A stretch of 32,000 bases of DNA from Mycoplasma mycoides subsp. capri (GCF_018389705.1 NZ_CP065581.1:690001-722000); one strand, 5' to 3'. Shown: positions 1 through 11,353, numbered from the stretch's first letter. The notes: generated by a model not told the origin, from the letters alone. Numbers and translations are program-made.

Positions 1-1
1 T

Positions 2-565
2 TTAGAAATAATTTTAACATCTATGAGAATGTCTCCTAGTGCTTTTAATTTGATGAATTTAAGATTATTAATCATTGATAGAAATTGTAGTTTTAAAACT
101 GAACTTAGTCCTTTATTTTATAATCAGTTAAATTTTATTAATGCTGATAAAGTTATTTTGTTTGTTTCTGATAAAACTAATAAAATTTTAAATCACACTA
201 TTGATAAAACTGTTAATAAAATGTTTAATGAAACACAAATTGAAATAGCAAATAAATTTAAAAAAAATGTTATTAATGCAACTAGTCAATTAGCACAAAT
301 TAATGAATTAGATAATTGAAGTAAAACAACTGCTCATATAACTGCTGGAATAGCTACAATTGCTGCTGCTAGTTTAAATATTGATAGTTGTATAATTGGT
401 GGGTTTAATGCTAAAGTTTTAGAAACTTTCTTTATTCAAAAAAATTACTTATCAGAAGATGAACAAATTGTTTTAACAATGAGTTTTGGATATATGAGTA
501 AATCAATTAAACCTAAGCCAAAAATTAGAATTGATGAAAATGAATATATTACTTTTGTCAAATAA
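2..565 (+). CDS. Nitroreductase-like flavoprotein, C-terminal part (5' end outside window)
   Basis: Frame open from base 2 through one TGA(Trp) to TAA at 563-565. Translation has ...ILTSMRMSPSAFNLMNLRLLII... and ...NIDSCIIGGFNAKVLETFF...EDEQIVLTMSFGYM, typical of nitroreductase family proteins. Confidence 0.75.
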
Positions 566-627
566 TTTGAAAACAATATCATAAGCATATATAATTTATA
601 TGTATTAAAAATAATATATAAAGCTAG

Positions 628-660
628 AAGCAAGGTTTTTAATACCTTGCTTTATTTTTT
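628..660 (+). terminator. Rho-independent terminator
   Basis: AAGCAAGG...CCTTGCTT hairpin followed by a T-rich tract. Confidence 0.75.
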
Positions 661-677
661 CTAAACTAAGGAGTGTT

Positions 678-1172
678 ATGAAAGATTTTGAATCACTAAA
701 GTTTCAAATTAATGAATTAGTTAACAAAGAATTAGAAGTTTTAAATCTAAAAGTTTATCAAATTAATAATCTTACAGAATTTGAAAACGATATGATTCAA
801 ATACTAGTTGAAGATAGCTTACAAGCTAATAAACCATTAGATTTTGATATTTTAATAAAAGCAAATGATTTAGTTTCAAATAAAATAGATCAACTAATTA
901 AAACTAAAGATAAATACTTATTAGAAATTTCAAGTAGTGGAATTGAAAAACAAATTAGAAGTCAAGAAGAACTACTCAAAGCTTTAGAACAATGAGTTTA
1001 TGTGCAACTAAATAATGAAATAAAAAAAGTTAAAGAATTTGAAGGTTATGTAACTAAATATAATGATCAAACAAATACATTTACTTTTTCATTTTTTATA
1101 AAAGGTCAAAAAAAGAATTTAGATGTTAAGTTTGATGATATTAAATTTATAAGATATGCAGTTAGATTTTAA
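678..1172 (+). CDS. rimP: Ribosome maturation factor RimP
   Basis: ORF 678-995 continues through TGA(Trp) to TAA at 1170-1172; [11 protein letters not shown] matches the RimP L(E)xSSPGxxR region; immediately upstream of nusA. Confidence 0.85.
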
Positions 1173-1180
1173 GGAGATAT

Positions 1181-2935
1181 ATGCTAAACGGAACAGAATT
1201 ATTAGAATCAATTAAATTAATAGAAAAAGAAAAAGGAATTAGTAAAGAAAGTATTATAAATAGTCTTAAAGAAGGTTTACAAAAAGCTTATGAAAGATTT
1301 TATGATACTGATGCAATTATTAAAATTGATATTAATGAAAATACAGGATTAATTACTATGCATCAAGAATTAAAAGTAGTTGATGATGAACAACTTGATG
1401 ATGATTGATTAGAAATTACACTATCAAAAGCAAAACTAAAAAATCCTGATATTCAAATTGGTGATACTATTTATAAACCAATTGAATTTAGTGAAGAATT
1501 TTCAAGAATGGTAGTTAACCAAGTAAGACAAATTTTTCAACAAAAAATCAGAGAAGCTGAAAGAGCAAGAATTTATGAACAATTTGTTAGTTTAGAAGGT
1601 GAAGTTGTTCAAGCTAAAGTAGTTGGAATGAATAGAGAAAATAATTATGTTTTAGATATTAATGGTACAACTGCTTATTTATGAAAATCAAAAACTATTA
1701 ATAATGAAATTTTTCAAATTAATGAAATTATTGATGTTTATATTGAAGTTGTTGAAAAAGAAAGCAAATTATCTCAAATCTCAATTTCAAGAACTGCTCC
1801 TAATTTTTTAACTAAATTAATTGAAAGAGAAGTTCCAGAAGTAAGAATGGGAATTGTTGAAATCAAAGCTGTTAGTCGTGAACCTGGAAAACGTTCAAAA
1901 GTTGCTGTAATTACTCATAATAATAATGTTGAACCAATTGGAGCTATTATTGGAGTTGGTGGTAATAGAATTAATAGAATTAGTGATATTTTAAAAGGTG
2001 AAAAAATCGATATTATTAGATGAGATGAAGATCAAATCACTTATTTAATTAATGCAATGACACCAGTAAAAGTAATTTCTATTAATAAAATTGGTGATGA
2101 ATATGATATAGTAGTTCCAGATACTCAATTATCATTAGCAATTGGAAAACAAGGAGTTGCAGCTAAACTAATTGCTAGTTTATTAAAAACTAAGATTAAT
2201 ATTTTTTCATATTCAACTGCTTTAAAAGAAAATATGGACATTTTATGAAATGGTGATACAACTAAACAAGAAGTTGAAACTAATACATACACTCCAAAAA
2301 CTAAAACAACTAAAAAAGAAGAAAAACCAGCAATAACAAATATTAAAAAACCTGTAAAACAAACAATTAAAAAAGAAGAAAATCAAATTGATGTTGATGC
2401 TTTAATTGCTTTTCAAGCTGAAGTTGAACATGAACAAGAATTAAAAGATCAAGAAGAGTTATTAAAACAAGAATCTATGTATAAAGAATACGATAATAAC
2501 TTTAATGATTTTGAAAATGAAAAAGAAATTCTTTTAGCTGAAAAACAATTAGAATCTCAAAATCAAATAATAAAAGAACCAGTTGTTGAAGTTCAAGAAG
2601 TTGAAATTGAAAAACAATCAGAAGCTCAAGATCAAATCACTGAAAATAAACAACCAGAAATTAAAACTGAAGTTGAAACTAAACCTAATATAGTTGAACA
2701 AGTTAATAAATTAAATACTAATAAATCAAATAATAAATTTGAACAAAATAGATTTAGTTATAAAAAACAAAAACAAAAAGAAGAAGAACTAGAACTTGAT
2801 TTTGATATTAAAAACGAACCAGATATTGATGAAATTGATGCAAATTTAAAAGCATTTAATGATGCAATTTTAAAACAAGAAGATGATGAAGATCTTGATA
2901 TAGATTTAGATGATTATGACAAATACTATGATTAA
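1181..2935 (+). CDS. nusA: Transcription termination/antitermination factor NusA with long acidic C-terminal extension
   Basis: ORF fragments 1181-1408, 2057-2248 and 2477-2935 share one frame joined by TGA(Trp). Motifs: SREPGKRSKVAV, PIGAIIGVGGNRI, LSLAIGKQGVAAKLIA (KH domains). Confidence 0.95.
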
Positions 2936-3197
2936 TAAAAATAAAAATCTAAGAAAAGATATTGCTTCAAATCAAATGTTAGAAAAACATCAATTAATTA
3001 GAATTGTTAAAAACAAAAATAATGAGATTTTTATAGATACTACTTATAAAGCTAATGGTAGAGGTGTTTATCTAAAACCAGATTTAAATAGTTTAAATAT
3101 AGCAAGACAAAAAAATTTGATTGCAAAAAGTTTAAAATCAAAAATAGATGTTTCTATTTATGATCAAATAGAAGAATTTATTAATGCAAAAAGATAA
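2910..3197 (+). CDS. ylxR: YlxR family protein (RnpM-like)
   Basis: Small ORF between nusA and the L7Ae-like gene; LIRIVKNKNNEIFIDTTYKANGRGVYL matches the YlxR core. Start could be 2910 or the internal ATG at 2931. Confidence 0.85.
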   Translation: MIMTNTMINKNKNLRKDIASNQMLEKHQLIRIVKNKNNEIFIDTTYKANGRGVYLKPDLNSLNIARQKNLIAKSLKSKIDVSIYDQIEEFINAKR

Positions 3198-3483
3198 ATT
3201 ACTAAAAGCTATTGGAATGGCATACACTTCTAATAACCTAATAACTGGATTTAGATTACTTGAAGAAATTAAACTAAAAAAAGTTAAATTTGTAATTTTA
3301 AGTTCAGATATGGGATTAGCACAACAAAAAAAATATATCAATAAATGTCTTTCAAGAAATATCGAATGTGTTTTTAATGTTTTAACAAAACAAGAATTAG
3401 CAAAAGCATGTGGAAAAGATATTTTAGTAGCTATTGGATTAAAAGATGATAACTTTATCAAATTAATCAAATCTAATTTATAG
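3184..3483 (+). CDS. L7Ae-like ribosomal/RNA-binding protein (YlxQ type)
   Basis: LLKAIGMAYTSNNLITGFRLLEEIKLKKVKFVILSSDMG...LGKDILVAIGLKD-like architecture, in the canonical place before infB. Confidence 0.75.
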   Translation: MQKDKLLKAIGMAYTSNNLITGFRLLEEIKLKKVKFVILSSDMGLAQQKKYINKCLSRNIECVFNVLTKQELAKACGKDILVAIGLKDDNFIKLIKSNL

Positions 3484-3504
3484 ATAGAGAAGAGGTTTTA
3501 AGAT

Positions 3505-5367
3505 ATGAAAAAACAAGTAAAAAATATTAAAAAACAAAAAGCTCAAAATCAAACAAAAAATATTAAAAAGCAATTAAAAGAAGAAGTTAATACAGGTTTA
3601 ATTGATGGGATTTTTGTTTATACAGAACCACTATCAGTAATAGAATTTGCTACTAAAATTAATAAACCATTAACTGCTATTTTAAAACACTACTTTAATC
3701 AAGGTCTATTATTAAATCAAAATACACTTCTAACTGAAGAACAAATGGGTGAATTGTGTTTAGAATTTGGTTTTGACTTTAAAAAAGAAACAACAGTTAC
3801 AAAAGAAAATATTTTACAAACTTTATTAGAAACTGTTGATGATGAAAAACATTTAAAAGAAAGACCACCAATTGTTACAATCATGGGTCATGTTGATCAT
3901 GGTAAAACTACTTTATTAGATTCAATTAAGAATTCTAATGTTGTAGCTAGTGAAGCTGGAGGAATTACTCAAGCGATTGGTGCTTATCAAATTACTACAA
4001 AACATAATAAAAAAATTACATTTATTGATACTCCAGGTCATGAGGCTTTTACTGAAATGAGAAGTAGAGGTGCTAATGTAACTGATATAGTTGTTTTAAT
4101 AGTTGCTGCTGATGATGGAGTAATGCCACAAACTGAAGAAGCTATTGATCATGCTAAATTAGCAAATGTTCCAATAATTGTATTTATTAATAAAATTGAT
4201 AAACCTGGAGCTGATCCAAATAGAGTAAAAACTGAACTAATGAAATATGGTTTAGTTGCTGAAGAGTTTGGTGGAGATATCCCATTTATTGAAGGATCAG
4301 CTATTAAAAAAATTAATTTAGACAAATTACAAGATACTATTATTTTAATTTCTGAATTAGAGAACTTAAAAGCAAACCCAGATAAATTTGCTTCTGGAGT
4401 TGTTTTAGAAGCTCACTTAGACAAAGCAAAAGGACCAGTTGCTTCAGTTTTAGTTCAACAAGGAACTTTAGAAATTAAAGACATTATGATTGCTGGAACA
4501 ACTTTTGGATCAATAAAACACATTGAAGATGAATTTAAACATAAAGTTTTAAAAGCTGAACCAAGTAAACCAGTTGTTGTTTATGGATTAAATCAAGTTC
4601 CAAAAGCTGGAGATAAATTTGTTGTTATTAATGATGAAAAAATGGCTCGTGAAATTTCTGAAGCACAATTAAAAAAACAACAAGAAGAAGAAAGAAGAAC
4701 TAAACAAGCATTTACTTTAGATGCAATTAAGCAACATATTGATGAAGGTGAATTAAAAAATATTACTTTAATTATTAAAGCTGATACTCAAGGAAGTGTT
4801 GAAGCTTTAAAAAATTCTTTATCAAAAATTAATATTTCTGGAGTAAAAATTAATATTATTAGAGCTAGTGTTGGAGCTATTTCACTTTCAGATATTTCAC
4901 TAGCTTCAACAGTTAGAGATGGTTTAGTAATTGTTTATGGATTTAATGTAAGACCTGATGCAATAGTTAGAAAAAAAGCTGAAGAAGATCATATTGAAAT
5001 CAGATTACACAATATTATTTATAAAGTAATTGAAGAATTAGAAGATGCTGCTAAAGGAATTTTAGATCCTGAAATTAAAGAAGTAGTTTTAGGTCAAGCA
5101 CAAGTGAGAGCTTTATTTAGACATTCAGCAATTGGAACTATTGGTGGATTTTATGTACTTGATGGAGTAATTCCAAGAAATGCTAAAATTAGAGTAATTA
5201 GAAATGGTGTTGTTGTTTATGATGGAGAAATTAATTCATTACAACATCAAAAACAAGATGCTAAAGAAATTAAAGCTGGTTTTGAAGGTGGATTAACTAT
5301 TAAAAACTTTAACGATATTAAAGAAGAAGATATTTTTGAAACTTATAAAATAGAACAAATTAAATAA
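3505..5367 (+). CDS. infB: Translation initiation factor IF-2
   Basis: 620-aa ORF; VTIMGHVDHGKTTLLD, DTPGHEAFTEMRSRGA, FINKIDKPGAD. Confidence 0.98.
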   Translation: MKKQVKNIKKQKAQNQTKNIKKQLKEEVNTGLIDGIFVYTEPLSVIEFATKINKPLTAILKHYFNQGLLLNQNTLLTEEQMGELCLEFGFDFKKETTVTKENILQTLLETVDDEKHLKERPPIVTIMGHVDHGKTTLLDSIKNSNVVASEAGGITQAIGAYQITTKHNKKITFIDTPGHEAFTEMRSRGANVTDIVVLIVAADDGVMPQTEEAIDHAKLANVPIIVFINKIDKPGADPNRVKTELMKYGLVAEEFGGDIPFIEGSAIKKINLDKLQDTIILISELENLKANPDKFASGVVLEAHLDKAKGPVASVLVQQGTLEIKDIMIAGTTFGSIKHIEDEFKHKVLKAEPSKPVVVYGLNQVPKAGDKFVVINDEKMAREISEAQLKKQQEEERRTKQAFTLDAIKQHIDEGELKNITLIIKADTQGSVEALKNSLSKINISGVKINIIRASVGAISLSDISLASTVRDGLVIVYGFNVRPDAIVRKKAEEDHIEIRLHNIIYKVIEELEDAAKGILDPEIKEVVLGQAQVRALFRHSAIGTIGGFYVLDGVIPRNAKIRVIRNGVVVYDGEINSLQHQKQDAKEIKAGFEGGLTIKNFNDIKEEDIFETYKIEQIK

Positions 5368-5403
5368 TTAAAAAGACAGACTCTTCTAGTCTGTCTTTTT
5401 TTT
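5368..5403 (+). terminator. Terminator of the infB operon, possibly bidirectional
   Basis: AAAAAGACAGA CTCTTCTAG TCTGTCTTTTTTTT hairpin with poly-T. Confidence 0.85.
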
Positions 5404-6030
5404 ATACAAATTTTCTTTAAACTTTAAAAGTTCTTCATATTCTTTTTGTTTAGAAAGTTTGTATTCTTGTTTTTTAATTTGTTTTAATTGTTTTTTTGTT
5501 GGTACTATTTGATTATTTAAATAAGCATTTAAAATAGCTAAATTTTCTTCTTCTTTTTGGTATTCTTTATTTTTAAAAATTATACTTATAAAAGTTCCAA
5601 ATAATACTCCTAAAACCATACTAATAATTATTAAAACAAATCTTAAAATAGTTTTAATTACTAAAGTTGTATTTCAATAATAAAACAAATTACCAGTTAA
5701 AATTATTAAAATCCCAACAAAAGCTAAACCAAAAGAATAAGTAAAACTATCACTTTTTATAACTTTAAATAAAACTAATAACAAATTAATTAAAAATACT
5801 GTTATTAAATAAGCTAAAGAAATTAAAAATAAATATAAATAAGTTAATTTACCTAGTTTGTTAAAATGATTTCAAGAATAGTTTTGTAGATCTGCGCCTA
5901 TAAAAAATAATATTATTAAAAATAAACCAATTGTTGTAAATAATTGAACTAGTAGATTAATTCAAAATGGTGTTCTAGTATTATTAAACTTGATATTATC
6001 TAATAGTTGTTCTTTATTTTGATTTTCCAT
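5386..6030 (-). CDS. Multi-pass membrane protein, unknown function
   Basis: Track ORF 5386-5619 extends through TGA(Trp) codons to ATG at 6028-6030: MENQNKEQLLDNIKFNNTRTPFWINLLVQLFTTIGLFLIILFFIG...; several hydrophobic segments and a charged C-terminus. Confidence 0.75.
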
Positions 6031-6127
6031 AATTTTTATTTTAGCACTTTAAATACATCAAAATAGTAATAATAAAAAATGAATATAAAAAAACAACACT
6101 TATAAAGTGTTGTTGAGTTATTTTCAA

Positions 6128-6201
6128 TGGAGCAGGTGAAGGGAATCGAACCCTCACAATCAGCTTGGAAGGCTGAAGTTCTGCCATTAAACTACACCTG
6201 C
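6128..6201 (-). tRNA. tRNA-Gly(TCC)
   Basis: Reverse complement GCAGGTGTAGTTTAATGGCAGAACTTCAGCCTTCCAAGCTGATTGTGAGGGTTCGATTCCCTTCACCTGCTCCA folds as a cloverleaf, anticodon TCC, CCA encoded. Confidence 0.97.
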
Positions 6202-6218
6202 ATGATTAATACCTTTAT

Positions 6219-6247
6219 ATATTATTATATAAAAATATCAATGTCAA
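6219..6247 (-). promoter_or_regulatory. Putative sigma70-type promoter for tRNA-Gly
   Basis: On the minus strand TTGACA (6247-6242), 17-nt spacer, TAATAT (6224-6219), ending 18 nt before the tRNA 5' end. Confidence 0.5.
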
Positions 6248-6260
6248 TATTTTAGTATGA

Positions 6261-6527
6261 TTATTTTCTAATTCCTAATTTTTCAATAACTTCTTTATAT
6301 CTGTTAACATCTTTTTTAACTAGATAATCTAAAAAGTGTCTTCTTTGAGCAACTTTTTTTAATAAAGTTCTTCTTGTAGGAATATCTTTTTTATGCATTT
6401 TTAAATGTTCAGTTAAATTTGAAATTTCAGCTGTTAGAATAGCAATTTGTACTTCAGCTAATCCAGTGTTTTTTTCATCTCCACCAAACTCTTTAATTAA
6501 TGCTAATTTTTGTTCTTTTGAAACCAT
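6261..6527 (-). CDS. rpsO: 30S ribosomal protein S15
   Basis: 88 aa; [27 protein letters not shown]...[18 protein letters not shown]. Confidence 0.97.
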   Translation of the reverse strand: MVSKEQKLALIKEFGGDEKNTGLAEVQIAILTAEISNLTEHLKMHKKDIPTRRTLLKKVAQRRHFLDYLVKKDVNRYKEVIEKLGIRK

Positions 6528-6739
6528 TTTTTCTCCTTGTGTAGTATTTAAATGTCTATCAAAGGCATATTTGAGAAAGAATAATGTCTCTGGTAAACTA
6601 CTAACTTTAAAATATTATCATAAATCAGTTACTTTGTCTTAGTTATTAAAATGTTTTTTAAAAAAAGATAAAAATTGTAAAAATATCAAATAATTTTTAG
6701 TTTTATATAAAATACTTTTAGAAAGTTTAGAATACCAAA

Positions 6740-8711
6740 ATGAAAAAGGCTGCTATTTTTTTAATACCAACTTTATCATTAGTATTAGTAGGATGCACAA
6801 AAAATAAACAAAATAATAATTCAGTACAAAAGCAACCCAATATAACTAATGTTTATAAAAAAACAATAAAAGATAAAGAACAAAATATAGAAAATAAAAT
6901 AAATAAACCAAGCTTTATTAGTAAACCCACAAATACTAATAAAAAACCTGGTTTTTCAAATTTATTAAATGATGAATTCGAACCAAAGAATGATGATAAA
7001 CTTTTAGATCAAAATGTCTCTAAAAAAGAACCAAAAGTAAATCACAATTCAATGACTAATAATAATTCAACTTTAGAAGTTGAAAATAAACTTAAAAAAA
7101 TTACTGAGCAAAATAATAAATTTCAAGTTTTTGAAGATACACAATATAGCGTTAAAAGCTTATTAAATTCAATATCTTTTTCAAATAATAAAATCAATAT
7201 CAATAAATATAAAGATATAAATTATATAGGTTTAGACCAATATCTAAACCTACTTAAAGATATTATAGAAATTAATTCAAAAAGTAAAGATGTTTTTTAT
7301 AATAATGTATCTTATACATTAACTAAAGAACTTAAAAAAGAAACTAATAATAATATAACTACTATAACTCTTATTAATAAATATAGTTCAAAAGATAAAA
7401 ATAAAAACAGTGATTTTACACTAAGTGAGTTTGTTAAATTTGATTATTTAACTCAACAAACAACTATTTCTAGTGTTAATTTTTATAATTTATTAAATCC
7501 TTATGAAAATGAAACTAATTTAGAATATAAGTATTCTAAAACACTTGATAAAAATCCTTTAATTATTGATTTAAATAAATATAACATATACATATTTAAT
7601 AAAAATAATCAATTATATTTACCATTACTTGTTTTAAATCAAGTATTTTTAGCTGAATCAGAAAGACAAATTTATTTTAATAATAAAGATCTTTTTGTTT
7701 TTGAAGTTTTTGATCTTTATGATCATAATAACAACAATACTAAAAAAATGCTTAGCTCAAATAAGCAAGATACTGAACTAAGTAAAGATTTAAAAGAGTT
7801 TTCATATAATTATTTATGATTTTTATTAGATAATTTTTATCCTTTAAAACAAAAAAATCAAGACTATAAAGACTATTTAGAAAAATATAAAAAAGATCTA
7901 ATGTCAAATAAATTAGAGCATTTTAAAGCAAATAATTTATTAATAAGAGATTTAAATGATATTCATACAAAAGTATTGTTACATTCACCACTTTATGATT
8001 TAAAAACTAGAGATGAAGTTCTATTAGTTAAAGAAAATAATAGAACTGATAGAGTTGGAAACTTTAGAAAATATGAAAGAGAATTAATTAATCTATCTGG
8101 TGATTTAAATGAAAGAAACATTAGATATACTAATGATAATAAAACAGCTATTATTAAGATTGACATTATTTCAAGATATACTGTAGAAGGTATTAAAAGA
8201 CAACTTGAAGAAATAAAAAAACAAAAATACAGTTAAAAATGTTATTTTTGATCTAACTTTAAATCGTGGTGGAAGTGTTCCTGCAACTTTTATTCTACTT
8301 GGTTATTTAACAGATCAAAGTTTTAAATATCATAAATTTTATCCAAACACTAATAATAAAGAAATACTAGATATTAAATCAAAAATAGGTAAATTTGATT
8401 TTAAATACTATATTTTAACTTCACCTATTAATTATTCAGCTGGAAATACATTTGCTTCAATTAGTAAAACTAATAAAATAGCTAAAATTATTGGATATCA
8501 ATCAGGTGGAGGAGCTAGTGAAGTTAGACTAAGTATTTTACCAAATGGGATGATAATTAGAAAAAGTTCAATGTATACTCTAACTGATAATAATTGAAAT
8601 TCATATGAATTAGGTGTTAAACCTGATATAGAATTTGACAAATCAAAAAGTTATAATTTTAAAAAACTATTTGATTTAAATTACATTCAAAATATTGTAA
8701 ATAAAAACTAA
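6740..8711 (+). pseudogene. Lipoprotein with S41-peptidase-like domain, interrupted by a frameshift (zero-frame ORF 6740-8236; remainder to 8711 in the +1 frame)
   Basis: Signal peptide/lipobox MKKAAIFLIPTLSLVLVGC. Zero frame ends ...EEIKKQKYS*. The next frame, without a start codon, continues TVKNVIFDLTLNRGGSVPATFILLGYL...YYILTSPINYSAGNTFASI, which aligns with the intact paralog at 8732-10768. The junction is at an A7 run (8215-8221). Confidence 0.7.
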
Positions 8712-8731
8712 AAATATAGAACGGAGTTATT

Positions 8732-10768
8732 ATGAAACTATTTTTATCAAGTTTATTCTTATTATCAAATACAATAACTCCAAGTTTAGCAAATAGTATA
8801 AATGTAGTTAATAATCAAAATTCATCTATTAATCTAAAAGAATATAATCTTAATTTTTTAGCTAAAAATATTAGAGACATTAAAAAGAAAAAAATAAACA
8901 TACATACTCATAAAGATGTAGCTTATATTTCTGTAAATGAATTTTTAGATAGTATTGAACCAATAATTAAACGTAATGAGATTGCACATCAGTTTAAAGA
9001 TAATAAAGCTACAATTAGTTTAAAATCATCTAGTTTTAGTAACCTAAAAGTTGAATTTGATCACAAAGCTCAAGATATTATAGTTTCAGATAACAATATT
9101 TTTACTGAAATTTTAAAAGATAAAGAACGTGGAGAAGAAAAATTAAATCTTGAATTTAAAGGAATAAAAAACGAAAATCCAATTAAACAATTCAAATATC
9201 ATTTAAAAGATTATGATATTGAAATGTTAAAGAATAATAAGGATATTTATTTACCTATAGTTTTGTTAAATCAAATTTTTTTAAGTGATTCAAATATTCA
9301 AGTGTACTTTAATCAAGATGAAGTTAATGTTTTTAGATTTGCTGATTCACTAAAAGATTTCTTTAGCATAGCAAATCTTAAAATGTCAAAAGCAAATATG
9401 CAAACAGAAATTCCTAAAAATTTAAAAGAATTTCAATATAAATATTTGTCATTTTTATTTGATCATTACTATGGAATTAAACTAAATAATAAATCATATA
9501 AAGAGTTTTTTAAAAAGTATGAGTCTAAAATTTTAGGCTCAAATGATAGTCATTATTTAGCAACAAGACAAATAATAGCAGATCTTGATGATCCTCATTC
9601 AGCTTATATTCTAGATGGTTATTTTAATAAAATGAAAGATATTGAAAAAGTTCCAATATCAAAGGAATCTAACAAAGTTCGCTCTGATAATTGAAACAAT
9701 TTACTTCATGTACTAGCTAAACTAGATCCAAATAAAATTGAATATCAAAATAATTTTATTTCAGATACTACTTCAGTAATTTCATTTAAGCAATTTGAAG
9801 AAAATACAGCTTCACATATTAAAAAAAGCTTAGAGGAAGCTCAAAAAAGGGGAATTAAAAACATTATTTTTAATGTAACTCAAAATGGTGGTGGATTTAT
9901 TGGAGCTGCTTATGAGCTAATGGGATTTTTAACAGATAAGCCATTTAAAGTTTATAATTATAATCCACTTTCAAAAGAACAAAAAGTTGAAACAATTAAA
10001 TCAAAATATAACAAATTTGATTTTAATTACTATATTTTAACTTCTCCATATTCTTTTTCAGCAGGTAATATTTTTCCTCAAATCACAAGAGATAATAAAG
10101 TAGCTAAATTAATTGGTTATAAAACTTTTGGTGGAGCTAGTTCTATTGGATATTTTATTTTACCAACTGGAGATATTATTCAATTAAGTACTAATAATGT
10201 TTTTACAAGTTCTAAATTTAAAAGTTTAGAATTTGGAGTTAACCCAGATGTTAAATTAGATGGTGATGTTTTAACTAATGCAAAAGATTTATATGATAAA
10301 AATAAACTTTTAGATCTAATTAGTAAAGCAGATAAAATTCCTTTTGGAAACGATACTGAATCAACTATTAAACCAAGTGAAACATTACCTATAAAACCAG
10401 ATGATAATTCACAACCAAATTCAAAACCAAAATTCTTTTTATCTAAATACATAAAAAATAAGAATTTAAAAATTACAAAAAATGATCCTATAACTTTATT
10501 AGTAGAACTTTTTGAAACTAATCCTGAACTTAAGTTTGATCAAGATATAAGAATTAGTTTAAAAGATAAAAATAAAGCTGAAATTTATTTAGAAAATAAT
10601 CCAGAAGATAAAGTAATTATTAATTTTTCTGTTATTAATAATGATCAAAAACAAATAAAAACTAATAATAAAACTAAATTAATTATTGGTTTAGTATCTT
10701 CATCTATTATTGTATTTATTGTTTTAATATCAGCATTCTTTATTATTAAAAAAAGAAGACAAAAATAA
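8732..10768 (+). CDS. Surface protein with S41-peptidase-like domain and C-terminal TM anchor
   Basis: Track ORFs 8732-9694 and 9920-10768 share a frame with TGA(Trp). N-terminal signal peptide, ADLDDPHSAYI, VTQNGGGFIGAAYELMGFL, YYILTSPYSFSAGNIF, and C-terminal TKLIIGLVSSSIIVFIVLISAFFIIKKRRQK. Confidence 0.75.
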
Positions 10769-10806
10769 AAAATAGTACATACTTTTATAAAGTGTGTACT
10801 ATTTTA
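10766..10806. terminator. Bidirectional terminator between convergent genes
   Basis: AAAATAGTACAtACTTTTATAAAGTgTGTACTATTTT inverted repeat between the S41-like gene and ribF. Confidence 0.8.
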
Positions 10807-11353
10807 ATTTTAGATTTATTCCTAATAATTCTTGAGCTTTATCTACTAGATTTTCATCTAGTAGTTTTTTTATTTTTGTTGAAGAAATATCATTATCTCT
10901 TTTAAAAATAATCACATTTTCTTTACTAAAAACTCTAATTAAATCATTGATATTTCCTTGAGATAAATAACCAAATGTAAAGTCTTGTCCTTCAACTATT
11001 TTAATAACATTTAATTTGTTTAATAAAATATCTATAAATTGATCTTTAGTTGTTTTGATTAAACTGTCATCAACTTTTATATCAATAAAATAATCTAGGT
11101 CTGTTAATTTAGTATTAATAAATTCTAATTTTTGTTTTTTAGTTGCTAAATTAGTATAAGTTTTGTTATTTTTAATTTTTTTATCAAAAGACATTACTAT
11201 ACTAGTTAAATTTTCTTGTTTTGCTATATTAATTACTTGATTAATTATTTTTTGATGAAAAATATGAAAACCATCAAAATTACCAATAGTAATAATTGCT
11301 TTTTTAGTATTTAGTTTTTCTAATTTATCAAAGGAGTCATTAATATATATCAT
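10799..11353 (-). CDS. ribF: FAD synthetase (FMN adenylyltransferase domain of RibF; no riboflavin kinase domain visible)
   Basis: 184 aa; IITIGNFDGFHIFHQKII, VEGQDFTFGYLSQGN, ISSTKIKKLL. Confidence 0.85.
   Translation of the reverse strand: MIYINDSFDKLEKLNTKKAIITIGNFDGFHIFHQKIINQVINIAKQENLTSIVMSFDKKIKNNKTYTNLATKKQKLEFINTKLTDLDYFIDIKVDDSLIKTTKDQFIDILLNKLNVIKIVEGQDFTFGYLSQGNINDLIRVFSKENVIIFKRDNDISSTKIKKLLDENLVDKAQELLGINLKLK

Noticed and set aside
445-633. Minus-strand ORF 62 aa
   Set aside because: Antisense to the nitroreductase-like CDS and the terminator; hydrophobic AT-rich artefact.
3138-3470. Minus-strand ORF 110 aa
   Set aside because: Almost entirely antisense to the L7Ae-like gene in the rimP-infB operon; no RBS or family similarity.
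8215-8221. Canonical -1 programmed frameshift at A_AAA_AAA in the first S41-like gene
   Set aside because: The heptamer is in phase, but the homologous continuation is in the +1 (or -2) frame, so a simple -1 slip does not restore the protein.
10180-10452. Minus-strand ORF 90 aa
   Set aside because: Antisense to the well supported S41-like gene.
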